From Psammoneis japonica (taxonomy: Eukaryota), in assembly GCA_008632985.1 (NCBI GenBank), contig QPGO01000020.1, forward strand, positions 558,001-622,000: 64,000 nucleotides of DNA, written 5' to 3'. The notes beneath the pieces are model-generated. The model made no database searches. It saw nothing but the letters and a program-made list of their open reading frames with translations, and was not told the origin of the DNA. How positions within the stretch are numbered: position 1 is the stretch's first letter; each line of letters begins with the position of its first letter. Both the position numbers and the translations under genes were made by a program. Of the stretch, positions 12,884 to 22,000 are shown piece by piece.

Positions 12884-15800
12884 TTACCACTTAAGGAGCG
12901 ATTTCCTGTGTTTAACGAAGAGATTCTGTGGTAGAGGTTTGGTGAAAATGTCTGCAATCTGATCCGCCGTATCAATTGGTAGGATTGATATGAGACCTTT
13001 GCGAACATGGTCTTTAAAGTGGTGGAGAGTGAGGTTGAAGTGTTTTGTCCGAGGACGCATCTTAGGCAATCTCGCGATCTCCAATGCTCCAGAATTGTCT
13101 TCAAAAGCCTTACAATGTACGACTGGTGTCTTGGAAGGGACATTATGACCGTGATCCATAAATTCTTGAATGAGGTTCATAATTGGGATGGTGCTTCGAA
13201 GACTTTCCGAAAGAGCGATAAATTCAGCTTCAGTAGTGCTGAGCGCGATCTGAGTCTGTAGCTTGGACGTCCAGACAATCGGACATCCTGCATAGGTGAT
13301 GACAAACCCAGTTCGAGATTTGGAAGTGCCGACGTCATTGGGTGCAGTCAGCTTATTCCAATTGCCCACAAAGTCCGCGTCGGCGTGAACTTCAAGGGAC
13401 TTGTCCGTTGAGGGCTGTAGTATAATACCTTCAGTTCTGGTTGACCTTAGGTACTTACAGAGCCATAGTACGGCTTCACCGTGAGAAACCTTGGGATCGG
13501 AAGAAAAGCGTGCGACTTGGTGCACCGCGTAAGCGATATCCGGTCGAGTGCTCTTCTCCAGAAAATTGAGCTTGCCGATGATGGATCGGTAATGAAAGCT
13601 CCCTTGGAAAGCAGGCTCACTCATATGCCTGTGGAGGATCTTGGAGGAAGGAGCAGGAGTAGACTTATCTGGTAGTCTCTTTGGAATATTGGCCATCTCC
13701 AGTATCTGATTGATAAGGTGAGGTTGGGTAAGTTTCATTCTGCCGTCTGGTAGTGTCTCGACGTTGACACCGAGATAGTCGTCCAGAGTGCCTTGATCAT
13801 CAATATCAAACTTCTCATCTCTGATATCCTGTATCGCCTTGTCAATAGCAGACTTGTCAGGGGATGCAAAGATACCGTCATCGACATAATGAATGAAAAT
13901 GACATTGCCACGAAAATACAGGCACTCATCAACTGCCGATTGTACGAAACCAATCCTTAACAATCCATCACGTAAGTGTTCTTGCCATACTCTCCCTGCT
14001 TGCTTTTGTCCATATAAGTTCTTGAGCAACTTCAGAACATGAGTCTTACCATTGCCATATCTTGTTTCAATTCCTGCAGGTAACTCCATGTACATATCAT
14101 ATTCGATATCGGCATGCGGATACGCCAGAACGAAGTCGACTTGGCGTGTATGCCACTTCTTAAGAATGGCAATGATCAGTAGGAGCCGGATAGTGAACCA
14201 GAAGACCACGGCAGAGTAGGTCTGGAAGTAGTTGACAGCATACTCTTGCTTTCCACCGTGCACATTAAGTCGGGACTTCCATTTGTAGACGGCTTGGGTC
14301 TTAATATCTCTTTTGCGCTTCATAGACCATACCGAAGGGAGAACATCAACATCGTCAGGTACGTCCTCTCTTGGAATGAGTATCCAATGTTTCCTTTCAA
14401 TATGATCATTGACTTCCTTAACACAGGCCTTGATAAATTCGTCTCTGTCAGGTTCACGCATAGCCTGATCAAAGTACATGGTGTCGGGGTCCGAGCTCGC
14501 CAGAAAAGAGATAGGTGAGTCCATATCGTCCTGCAGTTTGTAATCATCCTCGTGCATCGCATCATAATATGCCTCTGCCTCTGCATTGTAGGAGACAATG
14601 CCTTGAGCCCGTTGTAGTTGGCTCTCGCGCATCCTTTCGGTCGGGCGTCGTTGTCGGCCGGACCTACTGGTATTGGGTTGACCCATAGTGCGCTGTGGCT
14701 CAGATGGTGCGTCTGAATCATCTGGAGGTGTGTATAGCATTTCATCATCCGGTTGGGCATTGTCAAATGAGTCATCAGTGGTAGACGTATCAGTAGGATG
14801 CAGCAGCTGAGACGGGATATCCGAATTCGGCTCAGGTGGTTCCGTTGTGGTAGGGACTGATCCCTCAACCGGTACGTCACTTGATTTCCCAAAGATGTTG
14901 AAAGTACTCCTTGTCTTGAGTTGTCTGAAACCTGTAATGCCTTGCCATTGTGAGAATGTAGGAGGATTCCCAGCAGATGGACGAACAGTCTCAAAGAAGT
15001 CGTCAAATTGTACGTGAAATTGCGGCGATACGAGTCCGGTCTGCAAATTCAAAACCAAGGTAACTGAACCTGCGTGTCTTGTTGATGGTCCCAAATTGAT
15101 TCCTAACCTTGCCCTTGGGTCCCACTTAGGCAGCCTACCTCCTCCCTGCAACCGGTTGTGCAAGGCGTAGACGGGACAGCCGAAGGTATGGTGTTGTTTG
15201 AGATTAGGCTGGACCTTAACGGACGAGAAACGTTCCAGCGGAGAAGAGCCGTCCTCGTGATTCGGTAAGTGATTCTTGATCTCGTTTGAGTTCCTGAGAG
15301 CGCTTGGCCATAAGTTCAACTCAATAGCCGTTGGCCATCTCACTTTTGCATGCAGGAGTTGCTTCCGAGATTGCTCTTGGAGGTCCCTTATTCTTTTCTC
15401 CGCGATGCCGTTTTGGAAGTGGGCGTTGACCCCACAATAGGATATTGTTTGCTGTTGCTTCTTGACGTCTTGTATGAAAGCATTATCAGCGAATCTTCCA
15501 TTGTCGGCGTGGTAGTGTTGAATACGGACGTGCATCCGGCGTGCGAATGCCTCGAAAGCGTGCTTGGCTTCGAGCGTTTCGGCTGAGGTAAGTCCTTTCT
15601 GCAAATATATGTATCCCAATCCGCTGAAATGATCAACAAAAATTGTCGCTGCTCGATACCTTTGCTTCGTAGGTCTCCCTTTGAGCTGTGGGATCAATCC
15701 AGGAGTAGGACTCTCGAGCTGGTCGACGGATACGGCTTCTCCAGGCGAAGTTGCCAAGTGGATTCGTCGGTTCCGCTTGGACTTGGAGCGCCATGGTCGT

Positions 15801-17074
15801 TTCGTCATGGCACCGTATAGGCAGCCGGCACATTTTGGGTTGTGTACCTTTGTAAGGCGTTTCGGTAGAATGCCTAGGGCGGCCAATAGCTTTATCATTT
15901 TGAATGACATGTGGCCCAGGCGGTAATGCCAACGCAATAGTTCACCCTGGTCATCTGTGGCAGCAAGGGCGTCATCATTTGGTGTGATGTTGATGGGTTC
16001 CGGAAAGTCCTGCTGTGCCTCCGGTGTCGTGAAATCCCTTAGGTTTTCCTCGTCTGAGTCTGAACGACTTGCTCCGTCTGTTGGCTCAAATGAGACAGGA
16101 GCATCCTCATCAGCAGTGTTGCGTGCGTCTTGCGTCTCGGAAGGACGTGTCTCGGATGGACTTCTGAAGACGTCTGTATCAATTGCAGCCTCGTCATCAT
16201 TCGCAACACTCTCGTCGTCTGGTGGTATGATGTGAGCTTGACAGGCCACGTGCTCGATAGTTTCGATGTCGGTTTGTTCTTCGACAGCGGCTGCAAAGGT
16301 CCGGCATTTGTTGGAACCGGGTGCGGAGCGCATCTTGGCGACGTTAGAGTTGGCGGACCATGGAATCAGGCGATGGCACTTGCGCTGGTCCCACATCAGC
16401 AACAGTCCGTCGTCCCCAGTCCAAGATGCGGTTCCGTGAGGCTCTGGCGTGTGGTCATTGGCTTGCTGGCTCCATTGCTGCGGGCAGAGAAGACAATGAG
16501 GTAAGTCCGGTACGAGCAGCGCGTCTCGAATTTTGATGCTGTGCACTCGTCCCATGTCGTCCTCAATTGCCCACTGCACTGTTCCTTCTCCCTCAGCACG
16601 CAAGCAGCCCTTGACACCGAGTGCCACTTTGTTGGATTTGCGAAGAGGACCAATGAAGTGTGCCTCGTCGTTGGACATGGTGCAGGAAGAATGTGAGTCG
16701 ACACCGATTGCGAATGAGTCCGAATCGTAAGTGGGCTCCGTTCGCTCGGGACGGCATGGTGTGGTTGAGTTGTGCGCTCTAACCGTCTTGTGTCGCGCAA
16801 TGACACAGCGAGCCTTCTTGGTGGCCACTCTGGAGCGGTGACCTGGCCTCGTCGACGCATGACACCGTGCGCAGCACCTCGTCGTTGGCCGTCGCTGGTG
16901 AGTCTTAACTCGTCTTGTGCACTTTTCTGAAGGAAGGGACAGCATCACGAATGGCAGTGTGATCCAGATCGGTGCTGCACATTTCATGACGCCAGCGACC
17001 GCTGTCAGGAGCACTGACACAGTGACGGCTGTCTGCAAGGACAGCAGCAGTGTCAGAGTGAACCTGCAGAGCAG
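12884..17074 (-). CDS. pol: copia Pol polyprotein (protease, GAG-pre-integrase, integrase, RT, RNase H)
   Basis: Uninterrupted 1384-aa ORF with motifs IGVDSHSS, WHYRLGH..CAGC, SVDQ..ADNG..QNGIAE, LYGQKQAG, HYVDD, ADADF and ADIFTKPL. Confidence 0.95.
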   Translation of the reverse strand: MLCRFTLTLLLSLQTAVTVSVLLTAVAGVMKCAAPIWITLPFVMLSLPSEKCTRRVKTHQRRPTTRCCARCHASTRPGHRSRVATKKARCVIARHKTVRAHNSTTPCRPERTEPTYDSDSFAIGVDSHSSCTMSNDEAHFIGPLRKSNKVALGVKGCLRAEGEGTVQWAIEDDMGRVHSIKIRDALLVPDLPHCLLCPQQWSQQANDHTPEPHGTASWTGDDGLLLMWDQRKCHRLIPWSANSNVAKMRSAPGSNKCRTFAAAVEEQTDIETIEHVACQAHIIPPDDESVANDDEAAIDTDVFRSPSETRPSETQDARNTADEDAPVSFEPTDGASRSDSDEENLRDFTTPEAQQDFPEPINITPNDDALAATDDQGELLRWHYRLGHMSFKMIKLLAALGILPKRLTKVHNPKCAGCLYGAMTKRPWRSKSKRNRRIHLATSPGEAVSVDQLESPTPGLIPQLKGRPTKQRYRAATIFVDHFSGLGYIYLQKGLTSAETLEAKHAFEAFARRMHVRIQHYHADNGRFADNAFIQDVKKQQQTISYCGVNAHFQNGIAEKRIRDLQEQSRKQLLHAKVRWPTAIELNLWPSALRNSNEIKNHLPNHEDGSSPLERFSSVKVQPNLKQHHTFGCPVYALHNRLQGGGRLPKWDPRARLGINLGPSTRHAGSVTLVLNLQTGLVSPQFHVQFDDFFETVRPSAGNPPTFSQWQGITGFRQLKTRSTFNIFGKSSDVPVEGSVPTTTEPPEPNSDIPSQLLHPTDTSTTDDSFDNAQPDDEMLYTPPDDSDAPSEPQRTMGQPNTSRSGRQRRPTERMRESQLQRAQGIVSYNAEAEAYYDAMHEDDYKLQDDMDSPISFLASSDPDTMYFDQAMREPDRDEFIKACVKEVNDHIERKHWILIPREDVPDDVDVLPSVWSMKRKRDIKTQAVYKWKSRLNVHGGKQEYAVNYFQTYSAVVFWFTIRLLLIIAILKKWHTRQVDFVLAYPHADIEYDMYMELPAGIETRYGNGKTHVLKLLKNLYGQKQAGRVWQEHLRDGLLRIGFVQSAVDECLYFRGNVIFIHYVDDGIFASPDKSAIDKAIQDIRDEKFDIDDQGTLDDYLGVNVETLPDGRMKLTQPHLINQILEMANIPKRLPDKSTPAPSSKILHRHMSEPAFQGSFHYRSIIGKLNFLEKSTRPDIAYAVHQVARFSSDPKVSHGEAVLWLCKYLRSTRTEGIILQPSTDKSLEVHADADFVGNWNKLTAPNDVGTSKSRTGFVITYAGCPIVWTSKLQTQIALSTTEAEFIALSESLRSTIPIMNLIQEFMDHGHNVPSKTPVVHCKAFEDNSGALEIARLPKMRPRTKHFNLTLHHFKDHVRKGLISILPIDTADQIADIFTKPLPQNLFVKHRKSLLKW

Positions 17075-18580
17075 TCACTCTTGATCCACTTCGTTTGGGA
17101 TGGCAGAGATGGCACTTGCGAAGGAGACTTTCTTGTCCGACGTGTCTGTGGATGGAGCAGACTGTTGCTTGCGGAGTCTACAGCCTTGGTTGCCCGGATC
17201 ATCAGGCAAGTGCATGACCCAAGCAGTGTGACATGGGCACCAGTGACAGTCGCGATTGTTGACGCGCTTGTGATGGCACTGATGACCGTTCACTGTCTTC
17301 TCAGGAGCGTCCTCCTTGGGCGGGACTTTCTTCCAGGCTTCGTCCGCTTTCTGTCTCTGACGTGGAGTGGTCTTGGTCTTCCTTGACCGTGTGCTTCTTT
17401 CCTTGGTTGAACCAGCCTTGGCCTTCAAAGCTTTAGATGGCTGAAGGTTCTGATCCTTGATGGAGTCTACCTTGGCTGCAAGCGCGACGATTTGCTCTTC
17501 AGCCGGTGATGGTGCTCCCCACTTCTTCTCGCGCTTGAGGTCAGCACATTTGTTCAGTGCCAACGTCATGATTTGCGTCGGCGTGAATTCCTCACCGTCG
17601 TCGCACCTGTCCTTGTGCAACATGATGTGCTTGACGAATGCTTCGTCAGCAGCTGCGGCGCATCCTTTGAACAGATTCATGATGAGGTCGTCGCACTGCT
17701 CTCCTCTAGCTTGGAGTCCGTCAACGTTGAGCTTGGCATGCTTGTTGAACTCTTCGATGTCCGAGTTGACAGCCGCCATGCAGGTGTCCAGGCTTGACAA
17801 GTTCTCGCGGAAGCAGTTGGTGGCAGAGCGTGTGTCAACGATGGCCTTTTGCGCAAGCAGCTTGAAGAATGGTGTGCCGATTTGATTTCCATTGATCGTG
17901 TGGGAATCTGTCTCAGCCAATGTCTTGTCTCTTGCTTCCTCCGCAAGGGATTGAGAGATCGCCTCGGCCATCTGCACATTGTTCTGTGCTTGTCGCGCAG
18001 GCAGATTCGCGAAGGTGTTCGCGTGGGTTCTAACATCCTGCAGAGTGAGCAGTCCGCACTCGGAGATGAGATCTCGTGGAGTTCCATTCACGTCGGGAAT
18101 GGCAAGCATGTCTCCTGCCCCTGTTTTCCATCCTGCCTCGGCAGCTCGTTGACCGAGTGTCTCACAAAACCGTTTGAGACCTTCTGAATCGCCGTTGAAC
18201 TCGTGCGGCAGCGGTGCAGCAGCGGCGTTCCAAAGCTTGAGGCCTTGCGATGTGCCGCAGTCAATGAAGTTGTTGGGACGGTGTTGACCTGGAGTCAACG
18301 CGAAGATCGGCAGTGGCGGCACAGGCGCCAATGGTGGTCCACCTGGCGGGACTCCACCTGGTGGGACTCCACCTCCGCCTCCTCCTCCACCTCCTCCGCC
18401 ACCTCCTCCTGGAGGCACACCGGGAGGAACGACTGGGGGAGGTGCAGGAGCAACTGGAGCGGCTGCAGGAGCAGGTGCTGTTGCCGGAGCAGCAGCAGTG
18501 GCAGGAGCTGCAGCGGGTGCAGCAGCGGGAGCTGCAACAGAGGCAGCTGGAGCAGCCGCGGTTCATGTCTGCGTGACCAC
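17075..18580 (-). pseudogene. gag: copia Gag with Ala/Pro- and Gly-rich N-terminus, start codon lost, no Tyr left
   Basis: Motifs FALTPG, NSDIEEFN, KKWGAPS and zinc-finger-like HWCPCHTAWVMH. The frame extends upstream to GTG GTC ACG CAG ACA TGA at 18580. Confidence 0.85.
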
Positions 18581-18641
18581 AGCAACAGCAGAGTAAAGCA
18601 GAATCGAGAGCTCAAGATCGATTGACTCAACTTGTAGATTT

Positions 18642-18654
18642 CGCAGAGGAAGCG
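18642..18654 (-). promoter_or_regulatory. Putative primer-binding site complementary to the D-arm of initiator tRNA-Met
   Basis: CGCTTCCTCTGCG abuts the 5' LTR. Its complement CGCAGAGGAAGCG resembles the eukaryotic tRNAi D-arm GCGCAGNGGAAGCG. Confidence 0.6.
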
Positions 18655-19001
18655 TGTGGGAAAGTGGCCAGAATTCTAAGATTCGTCTGCACTTTCAGTG
18701 ACCAAAAGCTGCAACTGCGATGCAACAATCAATCAGTGACTTCATTGTGCCAAAAGTTGAGAGGTGACAATCAGTGCGTTAGAAAGATTGTGAGCAGTTT
18801 TTGTGAGCAGATGCAGCTGCCATCTAAAGGAAACGCGAAGTTGAACAAGCGCGAAGCTGGGGACAAATGTCGCACTCGTGACTCGGCTTCCGCGGGATTC
18901 GAGACTGAGCATCGCACACGGGGTTCGAATCTTGGATCTCTGATTGGAATCGTGGAGGTCCGATGTTGTTGTAAAAACATGCAAATGTGAACATTGTCAC
19001 A
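18655..19001 (-). repeat. 5' LTR (hypermutated)
   Basis: Direct repeat of 12494-12840 with 19 transitions. Confidence 0.95.
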
Positions 19002-22000
19002 GTCGTCAGGTCGTCAATGTCCACAATTCGGCGGTGCAAGTGATGGACACAACTGCCAATTGACTTCAACACCAAGCACATGAATGTCACAGCATGCAAA
19101 GAGAGGAGAACTTTACAGACCGCAAGGACAAAGGACACGACAGCGTGAATCGTGCATCGAATCTTGCTTGCAGAAACGCACGAATTCCAAAGGAAACCGC
19201 TGATGATTCGGCCGTGGTTCTGCTTGCCGTGATGTGCACGTAGCAGGAGATTCACAAAGAGCATGATTAGTGCAATGCATGCAATCACAATGGGGGCAAC
19301 AGTGTCAACAAAGATAGAGATTGGTAAGAGTGTTTCAATTCAACAGAAATTGGATTTTTGTGTGGTGAGAGAGGTGAGCGAGACACGGTCGCTCGTTGTT
19401 GCGGCTGACACCATTCGTGAATGCGTAGAAACTCTACTGGAGAAGCCTGTAGAGAAGCCGACAGTCAGTCACGCTTTTCAAGTTTTGACGGGAGACTAAC
19501 TAGAGGCACGTTTGCATTCGGTTCCTCGTAGGCTCTCAACTAGCCAGTAGTGGGGTGAAACAGTCAGAGGCCGAGACTGTGATAATGTTAGATTTATCCA
19601 TTTAAAATGAACAATATCTGCTTTTGAGCTCTTCTACAATGACACTCAGTTTATTGGATTCTCGTGCTTTCTCCCGCGGCAGATTTGTTAAAGCATCTGA
19701 CAATGAAATAAATTCTTGATCGAAAATATCGGTAGGGTAAGACTACTCATTCTCCGCCCCAATGATTGAGGAGTAGCCTCACAGGCTGGTATAATGACGC
19801 ATTCACTTCCGTGCGTACTCGACAGTGCCGGGGGTGCTATGTCTTTGCGTATCTTCGCCAACAACTTGAACAACAGAGCTATCGCTTTACGTTGCTGAAA
19901 GGTAACTTGTTGATCAAACAAACAACCGGCACCAGACTCTTTGGCCGCATTGATGAAAGTACTTTCTCAAACAACTTCGTTTCTTCAGCACTGACGACCA
20001 GAGCATCGTGCTTGTTTTCAAGACATTAGCATGTGACTAGTAAGGCTCCCCTTGCGTACGCAGCAGCAGAGACAAGAACACATCCAGCGCAACTTGGTCA
20101 CACCGGATAGAAGATTCAGATACTATTCCCGTAAGTCCAAGCACGTGATACTTGCCCATAGCCTGACTGGTTGATGTTGTTGCAATGGCAGGTAAAAGTA
20201 TTTCTACCGGGCATGCGACTGAAACGGCAAACAAGTCGATTGACACCAACATTCGGCGTAAATTTAGTGCCGCCAGACTCGAAGTATAGCTGTTTGCTCT
20301 ATTTAGCTTCGTTGCGGGTGGTATCAAGCTAGGGTTGTCTGCTCCGACTGTACCGGTACGGCGAAACTGTACTCTACTGTAGGAATACCCGCAAAACGAA
20401 GAACCTCCAGAAGAAAATACAATAGCGAACATTCCCTCGAATCTTGCAAAGAATTTCAGACTTGTTGGGTTAATCGGGCATGGGTATTTACCATAGGGAA
20501 ATCTGAAGTAATCAGGATGCATCTTGCACATAATTTCAGACTTCTTGGGTCGTTCCGTCAAAAGCACTTACAGTAATCTGAAATACTCACGGTGACTATG
20601 TTGTATCCCGCCTGTCGTGTCACGGTCTGTAAAAGCAAGTGAGGAAAGGTGAATGCCAAAGTTGCGCACGTTTCCCAACCACCAATGTACCATACAATAA
20701 TGATTCTTCTCAAGAAATTTGACTTGACGAGTCGTTAAGGCAGTTGAAAAGTTCATTTTGCGCGGGTGACGAAGCAACAGCAACAGCAACGCGAAAAGGG
20801 AGATCGAACAATCGCGTCTGGCGTCTGACAACTACTTGTTGGTTGCTTATCTTTTTCGTCTGCAGACTGGATTGCAGCTCTCTGCTACAAATGTACCGCA
20901 CTTCACTCTGGGGTTCACCATTCAACTCCAGATCCACCTGTTGCGACATGTGCGTTTCACACGACAGAGGTCTGGATACCTGTGGTGTGCGGCACGAGAG
21001 GGCTCTCTCGAGTGCCATGGACTTGCTACTGCATGGAATTGTTTCGACGTCTTGAAGCGCAGCGGGCTTTTTCCCATGTTGAATGGATGCGTTTGAATTT
21101 GAAGCGTTGGATTTTCTGTCCGCCGTCCCGTCTCCCGTCCGTCGTGCGCAGAGTTTGTCAACACAGCAAAGAAAAAACACCGCACCATGGCGTGTGGAAC
21201 TCGGAGACCTACCACTCTGTAACTTCTGTAAGGATTTGTCAAGCGACACCGCGTCTAAGAATTGTTTCATAACTTCAAGTTTTGCCATGATTTATGGGGT
21301 CGGTGTTTGGATTAAAGGACGGCAGGAGAACGGCAGGAGAATCAGAAGTGCTGAAAAAAAGGCGTCCATCTCGGCATAAAGAGCAAGTACATCATGCGGG
21401 ATACAACTCGATCGGCAAGCTTGTTTGGTCGGTTTGGTGGCTTGTTTGGTGGATGTCATTTTGAAGTTCTATGTGAATGAATCATACTCGTTTGTATTAC
21501 AAACATGCTGATGCGCCTTTCCTCTTATTCAAAATACAATCTGTCTCATTCCATACTATTTTTCTTTGGAATAGCTCAAACATGAATTAAGTATTACGAT
21601 TTACGATGGCCCCGGGCATTGCAGCCGAGATTGGTAGCCAGATTGGCGCCCATGGGAATAATGATGTCTCGGCCGGCGCTTCGCCCATCCTTACCCTACG
21701 GTTGTATGCTCATTACTATGGATGCAGGTAAGTTGTATCCTTCACTAAAAACGTTTGGAGATTCGCAACCCGAAAGCATCCTCTCTTTTTGGTTTCCACC
21801 TGGTACGGAGTTTCATTTCTAATCTCATTCTTTATTCCGTTGCTTGTCATACCCAATCACAGCCAGCATCTTTATGCGAGAAATGGACAAGTAGTGGATT
21901 GTCTCATGTAAATGCCGCAGCTGTTGGTAGGGAAGTTTTCAGTGCATTCACGATATTCATTTCGGGTAATTGCTGTCATGGCTGTTGCTTTCGGTCATCC

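Larger units (their letters stand above)
12494..19001 (-). mobile_element. Full-length Ty1/copia LTR retrotransposon (6508 bp) with 5-bp TSD GTCGT
   Basis: Two 347-bp LTRs with TG...CA ends. GTCGT at 12489-12493 and 19002-19006. Order gag, PR, IN, RT, RNase H. The empty site is visible in the duplicate copy at ~60754. Confidence 0.97.
10769..19288 (-). pseudogene. Disrupted copy of the 669-aa orphan ORF (pieces ~19007-19288 and 10769-12488)
   Basis: The protein matches 60472-62481 and is split by the copia at DDLTT|LLYDRA. The ATG has become GTG. Confidence 0.9.
9735..19680 (-). repeat. Inverted copy of 60079-63516, hypermutated and interrupted by a copia insertion
   Basis: Reverse-complement alignment runs from ATGAACTTGCCCCACCGG (9735; matches 63516) to CTCCCGCGGC (19680; matches ~60079). 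About 3.4 kb once the copia is removed. Confidence 0.93.

Noticed and set aside
12494..19001. ADAR editing or a DGR-like mutagenic reverse transcriptase as the source of A->G changes
   Set aside because: Changes occur on both strands, differ between the LTRs, extend into flanking DNA and also affect DNA-transposon sequence.
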